This document shows positions 1 through 8,289 of a stretch of 64,000 bases of DNA, one piece after another. Each line of letters opens with the position of its first letter. Within the stretch, counting starts at the first letter, position 1. The position numbers and the translations under genes are program-made. The stretch covers positions 16,779-80,778 of the forward strand of contig CAYTED010000007.1 of the NCBI GenBank assembly GCA_964436855.1, in the 5' to 3' direction. Source of the DNA: an uncultured Bdellovibrionales bacterium. GTDB lineage: Bacteria; Patescibacteriota; Minisyncoccia; Moranbacterales; UBA1568. A model generated the notes under the pieces. The model saw only the letters and a list, made by a program, of their open reading frames with translations, did not search any database and was not told the origin of the DNA.

Positions 1-377
1 TCATCCGCCGATATTTCCACCATCACCGTTTTCGGAAACCGATCCAGAAGTTCTCGAAGTGTTTTTTCCGCGCGCGCGGAACCGTATTCTTCAAGCGCCG
101 CCGATACCGCAACCATAAACGAAATCACCGCACCCACGAGCCACTCCCCAAGCCCCGCCGCGACAAAGAGCGTGAGCATCGCGATATAGTCAAGATTCCA
201 TTTCCCTCTTCGGATACGTTCAATCGACTCCCGGAGCAAGCGAACAAGCCCAACCGCAACGCTGACCTGCCAAAAAAATTCCCTGTCAAAAAACAACCCC
301 GCCACAAGAAAGCACAAAACCAGTGCCGGCAACACAAACGATCGATTCCAAAAAATTTCAAGCAATGCGAGTTTCAT
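1..377 (-). CDS. Heavy-metal P1B-type ATPase, N-terminal part (runs off the window edge)
   Basis: Not in the ORF track. Manual translation from ATG at 377 gives MKLALLEIFWNRSFVLPAL...GKWNLDYIAMLTLFVAAGLGEWLVGAVISFMVAVSAALEEYGSARAEKTLRELLDRFPKTV, resembling the TM region before the actuator domain of CadA/ZntA-like pumps. Confidence 0.7.
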   Translation of the reverse strand, partial: MKLALLEIFWNRSFVLPALVLCFLVAGLFFDREFFWQVSVAVGLVRLLRESIERIRRGKWNLDYIAMLTLFVAAGLGEWLVGAVISFMVAVSAALEEYGSARAEKTLRELLDRFPKTVMVEISAD

Positions 378-425
378 TTTTTTGTTTCTTTGAGAGTCTG
401 CCCGAAAAGTCTCTTCTATTGTACC

Positions 426-452
426 AAAAACCCCGACGAATGTCGGGGCTTT
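426..452 (-). terminator. Intrinsic terminator after typA
   Basis: Stem CCCCGAC/GTCGGGG (431-448) followed on the minus strand by a U-tract. Confidence 0.7.
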
Positions 453-499
453 CCATTTCTTCTGTCTGGTATCTGGTATCTACTATCCGTTATCCGATA

Positions 500-2287
500 T
501 TATTTTTTCCGCGCGTTTCGCGTGCGCTCCACTTCGGTCAAAAATTCTTTTCGCAAGCGAACCGACGCCGGTGTGATTTCAAGATACTCATCTTCGCCCA
601 TCGTTTCGAGTCCGCGTTCAATAGAGAGCTCCCACGGCGGCGTAAGTTTGATCGCATCGTCCGTTCCCGATGATCGCATATTGGTGAGCTGTTTTCCTTT
701 GATCGGATTTACCGCCATATCTTCGCCCTTCGCGGTATTCCCCAGCACCATTCCCTCATACACTTCCACTCCCGCTCCGATATAGAGAACGCCGCGCGTC
801 TGCAGATTATCAAGCGCGAACGCCGCGGTTTTTCCGGTCGCCATCGAAATCATCGATCCCGACTCGCGTTTCTTGATCTCTCCCGCATGCGGACGGAATC
901 CGATTACACGCGCGTAGAGCGTCCCCTCACCCTTGGTATCAATCGTAAATTCACCACGATACCCAAGGAGTCCGCGGGTCGGCACTTCGAAAAGCATTCG
1001 GACAAATCCGCCGTTTCCTTCTTTCATCTCCGTCATCATACCCTTTCGTTTGCCGAGTTTTTCGATCACCGTTCCCGACACCGCACTCGGACATTCAACC
1101 GTTACTTCTTCGAACGGTTCGGACTTCACGCCGTCAATATCTTTTACAATCACCTGCGGCTGTGATACCTGAATTTCATATCCTTCACGCCGCATGGTCT
1201 CGAGGAGTACCGCGATATGAAGTTCGCCGCGACCGTACACCTGATAGTATCCATCACAATCAAGATCGATTTTGAGCCCCACATTCACTTCGAGTTCTTT
1301 TTCGAGTCGTTCGCGAATTTGTTTGTTCGTGACGAATTTTCCTTCCCGTCCGGCAAACGGCGAATCATTGACAAGGAATCGCAGAGAAATCGTCGGCTCG
1401 TCGATCCCGATCGCGGGCAAAGTCTCCACGCTTGCATCATTCGTAATCGTATCGCCGATTTCCACTTCCGGAATTCCCGCGATCATCACAATATCCCCCG
1501 CCTCTATTTCCGGAGATTCCACTCGGTCGAGTCCCGAAAAAGAATACATCTTGACGATTTTCCCATTCACGGCCGTTCCGTTTTCCCGCTTCGCAACGAC
1601 TGTTTCGCCAACACGAACTTTTCCTTCGTATACCCGCGCGACCGCGAGCCGCCCAAGAAAATTATCGTACGCGAGATTGAACGGCTGTGCCCGAAACGGT
1701 TTTGTGAGATCGTGCGGCGCAGTCGGCACATGCGAGAGAATCGTATCAAGGAGCGGTGAAAGATCGCTCCATTCACCTTCAAGGGAGAGTTTCGTTTTTC
1801 CTTCGCGACCAATTGCGTACACAATCGGAAAATTGAGCTGCTCATCTGTCGCTCCAAGATCGAGGAAAAGTTCGTAAATCGCTTCCGCCGCTTCTTTCGG
1901 TTGCGCTGCTGGTTTATCGATCTTGTTCAATACGACAATCGGTTTCAAGCCGAGCTCAAGAGATTTTTTGAGTACAAATCGCGTCTGTGGCATCGGACCT
2001 TCCTGTGCATCTACCACGAGGAGTACACAGTCAATAGACCGAAGCACACGTTCTACTTCCGAACCGAAATCCGCGTGACCCGGTGTGTCCACAATATTCA
2101 CCTTCACGCCCTTGTATTCAAGCGATGCATTTTTCGCATAAATCGTAATTCCGCGCTCCTTCTCAAGCGCATTCGAATCCATAGAAAAACCCTCCGACAC
2201 AAAGCCGGTTTGTTTGAGGAGCGCATCCGTGAGTGTTGTCTTCCCGTGGTCAACGTGCGCAATAATGGCGATATTTCGAATGTCCAT
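500..2287 (-). CDS. typA: Translational GTPase TypA/BipA
   Basis: IRNIAIIAHVDHGKTT, DTPGHADF, NKID, GRGELH, and C-terminal KQLTNMRSSGTDD. Confidence 0.98.
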   Translation of the reverse strand: MDIRNIAIIAHVDHGKTTLTDALLKQTGFVSEGFSMDSNALEKERGITIYAKNASLEYKGVKVNIVDTPGHADFGSEVERVLRSIDCVLLVVDAQEGPMPQTRFVLKKSLELGLKPIVVLNKIDKPAAQPKEAAEAIYELFLDLGATDEQLNFPIVYAIGREGKTKLSLEGEWSDLSPLLDTILSHVPTAPHDLTKPFRAQPFNLAYDNFLGRLAVARVYEGKVRVGETVVAKRENGTAVNGKIVKMYSFSGLDRVESPEIEAGDIVMIAGIPEVEIGDTITNDASVETLPAIGIDEPTISLRFLVNDSPFAGREGKFVTNKQIRERLEKELEVNVGLKIDLDCDGYYQVYGRGELHIAVLLETMRREGYEIQVSQPQVIVKDIDGVKSEPFEEVTVECPSAVSGTVIEKLGKRKGMMTEMKEGNGGFVRMLFEVPTRGLLGYRGEFTIDTKGEGTLYARVIGFRPHAGEIKKRESGSMISMATGKTAAFALDNLQTRGVLYIGAGVEVYEGMVLGNTAKGEDMAVNPIKGKQLTNMRSSGTDDAIKLTPPWELSIERGLETMGEDEYLEITPASVRLRKEFLTEVERTRNARKK

Positions 2288-2445
2288 ATAGATTGAGAGA
2301 TACGAGATAAAAAGTAAGACTTATCGCGCCTCCCCTACTTTCCAAGAGGAGTGTACTTGCCGGCGAGACAGGAATTGGGAAGGGATTTTGAATCCGCCTT
2401 TTCCGCAAATCAAAAAGCGCTTCCCGCGCTCGATCATCAAAAAGT

Positions 2446-2474
2446 ATTATAGGGAAAATTTCCGTTCTTGTCAA
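2446..2474 (-). promoter_or_regulatory. Sigma70 promoter for typA
   Basis: Perfect TTGACA-17 nt-TATAAT on the minus strand. Confidence 0.8.
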
Positions 2475-2551
2475 AACATGTTGCGAGAGAAAGCGGATGA
2501 CCCGCCAGCCTAGCAAAACCGCCATATGTGTGTACACATTACCTTTCAACA

Positions 2552-2580
2552 TTGACTTTTCCCTTTTTTTGGAGTATACT
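2552..2580 (+). promoter_or_regulatory. Sigma70 promoter for the small gene at 2673
   Basis: TTGACT-17 nt-TATACT. Confidence 0.7.
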
Positions 2581-2672
2581 GGGTATGTAACAGTGAAAAA
2601 CGGGTGGCGCACATTGCGCATATCCGTTTTTTCTTTGTTATACTTAATCCGTAAGTCGTAAAACAAAACGCT

Positions 2673-2864
2673 ATGACCGAGGAAATCGTCAAGCAGGAGG
2701 GGGAGGAAGGTGTGTCGTCCGACGCAAGCTGCGGGGATCAAAACGGAGGAAGTTGTCCTCAATGCTCCGCACGAGAAGCGGAAGAGCATATGGCCTTTGC
2801 ATTCCTTCTCGCGCTGATGCCCGTCATCACGCTCACCCTTTTCGGCCAGGCAGGACTCTTGTAA
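2673..2864 (+). CDS. Small hypothetical membrane protein (CxxC plus C-terminal hydrophobic helix)
   Basis: 63-aa ORF flanked by its own promoter and terminator; CPQC motif, acidic N-terminus and a hydrophobic tail. Confidence 0.7.
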   Translation: MTEEIVKQEGEEGVSSDASCGDQNGGSCPQCSAREAEEHMAFAFLLALMPVITLTLFGQAGLL

Positions 2865-2897
2865 AAGAGTATTTATAAAACATCTGCCCGCCCCTCG

Positions 2898-2924
2898 CCT
2901 CCGACCCGTTTCGGAGGTTTTTTT
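2898..2924 (+). terminator. Intrinsic terminator
   Basis: CCTCCGA/TCGGAGG stem followed by a T run. Confidence 0.7.
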
Positions 2925-3624
2925 ATCCGCGAATTTCGGTGTGAATATTGTAGTTTGCAAGAATGGCTTTTATTTTTTCCAAATCCACTTTTTTTCCCTT
3001 CGCTTTATTTCGGACACTTGCATCAAATATATTGTCATCTCGAAATGGTTGAAGATAGTATCGTTTTGTTCCGCGAATCCACTCCCCGATCGCCCGGAAA
3101 TCTTCCTCTCTGTGAATCCCCGGAACAACCGTTGTTCGAAATTCATACGGAATCCCGCTTGCCTGAATCAACCGGACGCTTTCTTGTATTTTCTTCATAT
3201 CAACATCTACCCCCATTGCTTCGGCGTACTTCTCCGGCGTATGCTTGATATCCATCGCGACAAAGTCGGCGAGTTTTTGATCAAACACCTTCCGCAAGAT
3301 TTCCGGTCGCAAGCCATTCGAATCAAGCTTCACGAGAAATCCCATTTTTTTTATTTTCTTCAAGAACGGCAAGAGATCGGGTTGTACTGTCGGCTCCCCT
3401 CCCGTCACACAGACGCCGTCGAGCTTCCCCTTCCTTGTCTCAAGAAAATCGAAAAATGTTTTTTCATTTTCTCTCCCGAGCGCAATCATATGATCGTTTG
3501 GAATGATAAGGTCGGGATTGTGACAGAACGGACAACGGAAATTGCAACCAACCGTAAAAACGACCGTCGCTACTTTGCCGGGATAATCAATAAGCGTCAA
3601 TTTTTGGAAACCGCCGATGAGCAC
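2923..3624 (-). CDS. nrdG: Anaerobic ribonucleoside-triphosphate reductase activating radical SAM protein
   Basis: IGGFQKLTLIDYPGK start, CNFRCPFC radical SAM motif, TGGEPT. Start moved to GTG at 3624 because the ORF-track extension is not homologous. Confidence 0.93.
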   Translation of the reverse strand: MLIGGFQKLTLIDYPGKVATVVFTVGCNFRCPFCHNPDLIIPNDHMIALGRENEKTFFDFLETRKGKLDGVCVTGGEPTVQPDLLPFLKKIKKMGFLVKLDSNGLRPEILRKVFDQKLADFVAMDIKHTPEKYAEAMGVDVDMKKIQESVRLIQASGIPYEFRTTVVPGIHREEDFRAIGEWIRGTKRYYLQPFRDDNIFDASVRNKAKGKKVDLEKIKAILANYNIHTEIRG

Positions 3625-3655
3625 AGAATAGAGAATAAAGAATGGGGAATGAAGA

Positions 3656-3784
3656 TTCTTCAAAGAAATCTTTGGGGCGACTTTTCGTCCGAAAGCAAGG
3701 TCTTTTTGCCTACAAAAAGTTTCGGACGAAACGTCAGTTTTTCGCGGCTGGGCGAAAAACGGCACCAAAGATTTATTTGAAGAA
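3656..3784. repeat. Multi-stem palindromic element (MITE-like or structured RNA)
   Basis: Terminal inverted repeat 3656-3675/3765-3784 (19 of 20 match), inner IR 3679-3694/3720-3735 (15 of 16), and hairpin 3737-3760. Confidence 0.65.
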
Positions 3785-3856
3785 AAATCACCAAGGAGAG
3801 AAATCCCCGCGAAGGCGCGGGGACTTTCAATAACACTCATTTCAAAGAAACACGCA

Positions 3857-4120
3857 TTAACATGCCGCGCACTCCGCGACCGCGTATTCGCGCCGATCAC
3901 CAAATTCCGCTTGCTTTCCCTTGTTCCACTGCGCGACCGGGCGAATGTACCCCACGACACGCGAGTATACTTCCATTTCCTGAAAATTTTTGAGTACCGG
4001 CTCCGCTTCGTGACACGAGCGACATTTCGCGTATTCCTTTCCATTCGCGCTATACGGCATATACTCCTCCCCGGAAACAAGAACCTTCTTGCAATCGTGA
4101 CAGCTTATTTTGTTTTGCAT
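3857..4120 (-). CDS. Stand-alone NrdD C-terminal glycyl-radical domain protein with zinc ribbon
   Basis: CHDC...CRSC then EVYSRVVGYIRPVAQWNKGKQAEFGDR, the class III RNR glycyl-radical motif. Has its own RBS-like GAAAGGGGA. Confidence 0.9.
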   Translation of the reverse strand: MQNKISCHDCKKVLVSGEEYMPYSANGKEYAKCRSCHEAEPVLKNFQEMEVYSRVVGYIRPVAQWNKGKQAEFGDRREYAVAECAAC

Positions 4121-4177
4121 ACTTCTTTGTATCCCTTTCCGATCGCCGCCACCTCCCGGCTTCCGGAGCGGGTTTGA

Positions 4178-6355
4178 TTATGATGATTTTTTCTTGGAAA
4201 CGACTCCTCCGGTTTTTTTCCTGTCCGCCTTCGGAACGATCGCGTACTCCTTCGCTCCCTCCGCTACGCATTTCGGACAGAGATGGTGTTCGCCCGCGAT
4301 ATATCCGTGTGAGGGACAAATACTGAAGGTCGGCGTGAGTGTAAAATACGGCAGCGCGTAATTTTCGGAGATTTTTCGGACGAGATTTTTCGTCGCTTCC
4401 ACATCCCAGAGTCGCTCACCGAGAAATCCGTGGAGTACCGTCCCGCCCGTATACTTCGTCTGCAGTTTATCCTGAATATCAAGCGCTTCGAAAATATCGT
4501 CCGTGTAACCAACCGGGAGTTGCGAAGAATTCGTATAATACGGCTCCGCTTTCGCCGACCCCACCGACTCGTTATTCGCAAAAACAATATCGGTATACCG
4601 CTCACGATCAAGCCGCGCCAATCGATACGCCGTCCCTTCCGCTGGTGTCGCCTCAAGATTGTAAAGATTTCCCGTTTCTTTCTGATACCCCGTAATACGC
4701 TTTCGCATATATACGAGAATTTCTTCCGCGAGTTTCTGTCCCTCTTTGGTCGTAATACCTTTCTCAACAAGATTGAGAAGCGCTTCGTTCATCCCGACAA
4801 GACCAATCGTTGAGAAATGATTTGCCCAATATTCTCCGCGCCGCATTTTGATCGGAGCGAGATATGCCTTGGTATATGGATAGAGACCGCGATCCGTAAG
4901 TCCTTCGACGAGTTTCCGTTTGATCTCGAGACTTTCCTTCGCGAGATCCATCAGGTGATCGAGTCGCTTGAAAAACTCTTTCTTGTCTTTCGAGAGGTAT
5001 CCGAGTCGCGGAAGATTGATCGTTACAACACCAATTGATCCCGTAAGCGGATTCGCTCCGAAAAGTCCGCCGCCCCGCTTGTGAAGTTCTCTATTGTCGA
5101 GACGCAACCGACAGCACATCGAACGCGCGTCTTCCGGATCCATATCGGAATTCACGAAATTCGCGAAGTATGGGATACCGTATTTCGCCGTCATTTCCCA
5201 AATCGGCTGGAACCGATCATCGCCCCAATCGAAATCCTTTCCGATATTGTAGGTTGGAATCGGAAAGGTAAAGACCCGACCTTCGGCATCTCCCTCCATC
5301 ATCACTTCCGCAAACGCGCGATTAATCATATTCATTTCCTTTTGGAAATCGCCATAGGTTTCTTTTTGCGGCACTCCGCCGATCACGACCGCTTCTTTCG
5401 CCAGTGTTTTCGGAGGGACAATATCGAGCGTGATATTCGAAAACGGCGTCTGAAACCCGACGCGCGTCGATACATTCATATTGAACACAAAATTCTGAAT
5501 ATGCTGCTTGACTTCGGAAAAAGAGAGTTTGTCGAAACGAACAAATGGCGCGAGCAAAGTATCAAAATTTGAAAAAGCCTGCGCGCCAGCGACTTCTCCT
5601 TGCAAGGTGTAAATAAAATTCACCATTTGTCCGAGAATCGCCCCGAAATGTTTGGCGGGCCGACAGGACACCTTTCCGGGAACGCCATTGAAACCGCGAC
5701 GAATCAGGTCCTGCAAATCCCATCCGCAGCAGTACGCCGCCACAAGCTGCAAATCATGAATGTGAAAATCTCCTCCGTCATGCGCTTCCCTGATCTCCCG
5801 CGGATACACTCGATTCATCCAGTACCGCGAAGAAACGATCGAGGCGATGTAGTTGTTGAGCCCTTGAAGGGAATACGACATATTTGCATTCTCCTTCACC
5901 TTCCAGTCGCGCTCACCAATATATTTTTCCACCAAATCCGACGCGTCATCGAGCGACTTTTCCATCTCGCGAGTGCGCCTGCGTTGATCACGATACAAAA
6001 TATACCCCTTTGCCGTCTCTTCATAATCAAGCACCATGAGCACATGCTCGACCAAATCTTGGATATCTTCAATTTTCGGTACCGTACCGCGGTGTTTCTT
6101 CCACAGAAGAGTCGAGACTTTTCGCGCGACCTTTTCAGCGTCTCCTTTCGATCCTTCCCTCGTCGCAAGCAATGCTTTTTCAACCGCCTTTGCAATTTTT
6201 TGTTCGTCGAATCGCACGATTCGGCCGTCACGTTTTTCTACGCGCAGCGGCGACACCCCTCCGCTTGGGGCCGCTTTCTTTTTTTCCGTGGTCGAGACTT
6301 TTTTCACTCTCTTTCGCTTATCTTTTTTGGAGACTGTTTGTCTTTGTGTCGCCAT
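4178..6355 (-). CDS. nrdD: Class III ribonucleotide reductase large subunit with ATP cone, lacking the glycyl-radical loop
   Basis: ATP cone VEKRDGR, HIHDL, AYCCGW, RSMCCRL, EATPAEG, CPSH...CPKC. Start at 6355 chosen from an upstream AAAGGA; 6421 is the alternative. Confidence 0.95.
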   Translation of the reverse strand: MATQRQTVSKKDKRKRVKKVSTTEKKKAAPSGGVSPLRVEKRDGRIVRFDEQKIAKAVEKALLATREGSKGDAEKVARKVSTLLWKKHRGTVPKIEDIQDLVEHVLMVLDYEETAKGYILYRDQRRRTREMEKSLDDASDLVEKYIGERDWKVKENANMSYSLQGLNNYIASIVSSRYWMNRVYPREIREAHDGGDFHIHDLQLVAAYCCGWDLQDLIRRGFNGVPGKVSCRPAKHFGAILGQMVNFIYTLQGEVAGAQAFSNFDTLLAPFVRFDKLSFSEVKQHIQNFVFNMNVSTRVGFQTPFSNITLDIVPPKTLAKEAVVIGGVPQKETYGDFQKEMNMINRAFAEVMMEGDAEGRVFTFPIPTYNIGKDFDWGDDRFQPIWEMTAKYGIPYFANFVNSDMDPEDARSMCCRLRLDNRELHKRGGGLFGANPLTGSIGVVTINLPRLGYLSKDKKEFFKRLDHLMDLAKESLEIKRKLVEGLTDRGLYPYTKAYLAPIKMRRGEYWANHFSTIGLVGMNEALLNLVEKGITTKEGQKLAEEILVYMRKRITGYQKETGNLYNLEATPAEGTAYRLARLDRERYTDIVFANNESVGSAKAEPYYTNSSQLPVGYTDDIFEALDIQDKLQTKYTGGTVLHGFLGERLWDVEATKNLVRKISENYALPYFTLTPTFSICPSHGYIAGEHHLCPKCVAEGAKEYAIVPKADRKKTGGVVSKKKSS

Positions 6356-6437
6356 ATATACATGTCCTTTTCGGTGTGTTTTCGAGAGAAATATCTTGAC
6401 TCTTTTTTTCCTCTGTGTCATTCTTTTCTATCAAAAA

Positions 6438-6453
6438 ACACAACATATTGTGT
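6438..6453. promoter_or_regulatory. NrdR box
   Basis: ACACAACATATTGTGT upstream of nrdD matches the acaCwAtATaTwGtgt consensus. Confidence 0.75.
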
Positions 6454-6560
6454 TTATATGATATATTGTAGCACTAGTTCTTCTTCATGCAAGTTTGGCT
6501 TTTATTCCCGAAAAAGGACGTACCATGATACAATAAAACTATAATTTTGAAAGAAACTGT

Positions 6561-6986
6561 ATGGAATATCCACATTTTGAAGCAGTTGGCGACGGAGATG
6601 AATCTTCAAAAAATTCTCCATCCCTCGAAGGAAATAACTGGAAAGAAAAGATGAATCAAATCCCTTTTTTCTCTCGCGAAGATGGTCCATGGAGAGAAGA
6701 GATCATTCCGCGTGTCAATAAACTCATAGAAGGCGCTCAGCAGAATTTCCGGGAATCTCTTTCCGTTCATCCTCCGGCTCCTGATTTTGGGCGGGCATTT
6801 GATACCGACTCCGATCTTCGTCGAGCGGTGTATGAACGCTATCTTGGTCAAAAATGGGATCAACAACTCGCAAACGCCCAAGGAGAAGCCTACCAGCAAG
6901 CCTTTTCAACGATAGCAAGAAATGTGTTTGAGGTTTGGGACACATTTATAAAAAATGGTCTTCCTGAAAAACCACGCTTCAATTAA
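6561..6986 (+). CDS. Hypothetical protein
   Basis: 141-aa ORF filling the intergenic gap and ending at a bidirectional terminator; no motif recognised. Confidence 0.6.
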   Translation: MEYPHFEAVGDGDESSKNSPSLEGNNWKEKMNQIPFFSREDGPWREEIIPRVNKLIEGAQQNFRESLSVHPPAPDFGRAFDTDSDLRRAVYERYLGQKWDQQLANAQGEAYQQAFSTIARNVFEVWDTFIKNGLPEKPRFN

Positions 6987-7022
6987 AAAATACTACTTTC
7001 CTTCTTTGGAAAATATGTTTTG

Positions 7023-7058
7023 AAAAACGCGGCCATCCCTTTTGGATACCGCGTTTTT
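7023..7058. terminator. Bidirectional terminator
   Basis: AAAAACGCGG...CCGCGTTTTT between convergent genes. Confidence 0.65.
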
Positions 7059-7449
7059 ACATTATTCCCTGCTTTCCTTTTTTTTGACAAGTAAGAGCGT
7101 GACAAATCCAGTCAGTAAGGATTATTCCTCTTAGGGCATCCTCCTCTGAAATACTCACCGAATACACTGCATACAAAAGTTCCGAAATTTTTCGGACAAC
7201 ATCGCAATGGGAATCCGCGAGATAGAGGTTACTGTAAACTGTCGCCGGACGCACTGGTTGTGTCGCTGCTTGTATCGCTGCTTGTATCGCTATATTTTTC
7301 ATATTCGAAGGAGAAATGTCCTCTTCATTGTCTCCGAATACACGAAGCAGCACTTGCCGCACTTTTTCCGAAAGATCTATCTCTTGCACTAAGTATCGAA
7401 TATGCGGAATGGTGTCCGCTTCTCCTTCCATTTCAATCATCATTTTCAT
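7057..7449 (-). CDS. Hypothetical protein
   Basis: 130-aa ORF with upstream AGGGAAG; no family recognised. Confidence 0.5.
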   Translation of the reverse strand: MKMMIEMEGEADTIPHIRYLVQEIDLSEKVRQVLLRVFGDNEEDISPSNMKNIAIQAAIQAATQPVRPATVYSNLYLADSHCDVVRKISELLYAVYSVSISEEDALRGIILTDWICHALTCQKKGKQGIM

Positions 7450-7542
7450 TTTCTTCCCTTGGCAAAGAACAGAAAGAACACTTTGACATTTTTACTTCAA
7501 GAAGTCAATAGGGTTCTGACTTGGTCAGCAGATTTTCTGGGT

Positions 7543-8289
7543 TTATTCCTCAACAATCGTTACCGACTCGATGGTTACGGGATTGACCGGACGTGACCCT
7601 TCCCCGCCCGACTCGGTCGGTGCGGATGCAATGGTATCGACGGTTTCGATCCCTGAAAGTACCTCGCCGAAAATCACGTAGTTTTTCGGAAGCGGATAAT
7701 CCGCGTGCATGATGAAGAACTGGCTTCCATTGGTATCAGGTCCGGCATTGGCCATGGCGATTGTTCCACGTTTGTACTCTCCGGTGAATGGCTCATCAGG
7801 AAAACGATATCCCGGGCCGCCACTCCCTGTGCCTGTCGGGTCCCCTCCCTGGATCATAAACCCCGGGATGGTTCGATGAAAAATCACTCCGTTATAAAAA
7901 CCTTCCCGCGCAAGAAACACAAAATTATTCACTGTTTTCGGAGTATCTTTCGCGTTCAATGCGAGAGTCATTTCTCCTACTGAAGTTTTTACTGTCGCGG
8001 TGTACTTTTTTTCCGGATCAATATTCATCGCCGGATACGTTGGATATTGTTTGACATCTTTCATAGTGGTTTCATTCTTTTTTACTGGTTGATTTTTTAC
8101 TGACGATCGCTCGAGCGAAGATTCGCCCTTGTTTTGTTGCGTGGCGACATTCTCTTTTGACGCTTCTTTTGAAAAAGAGAGCTCCAGACCTTTCTCGGGC
8201 GCCTGACGAACTGCCTCATTGGCACACCCGGAAAGAAACACTACGGCGACGAGAAGCACTCCCCCTTTGATTCCTTGTTGTAGGCTCAT
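7543..8289 (-). CDS. Cyclophilin-type peptidyl-prolyl isomerase, lipoprotein
   Basis: Lipobox LSGC; [15 protein letters not shown]; [16 protein letters not shown]. Confidence 0.95.
   Translation of the reverse strand: MSLQQGIKGGVLLVAVVFLSGCANEAVRQAPEKGLELSFSKEASKENVATQQNKGESSLERSSVKNQPVKKNETTMKDVKQYPTYPAMNIDPEKKYTATVKTSVGEMTLALNAKDTPKTVNNFVFLAREGFYNGVIFHRTIPGFMIQGGDPTGTGSGGPGYRFPDEPFTGEYKRGTIAMANAGPDTNGSQFFIMHADYPLPKNYVIFGEVLSGIETVDTIASAPTESGGEGSRPVNPVTIESVTIVEE

Noticed and set aside
2250-2960. 236-aa minus-strand ORF
   Set aside because: It runs across two consensus promoters, the plus-strand small gene and the typA start, and has no recognisable motif.
3625-4080. N-terminal extension of the nrdG ORF in the track
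   Set aside because: It overlaps the glycyl-domain gene and the palindromic element; homology begins at VLIGGFQK.
4050-4319. ORF that might bridge nrdD and the small gene by frameshift
   Set aside because: Its translation has no NrdD similarity and it is not in frame with the glycyl-domain gene.
7255-7292. 12-bp tandem duplication
   Set aside because: Small in-frame repeat (IQAA) within a hypothetical ORF with no sign of function.
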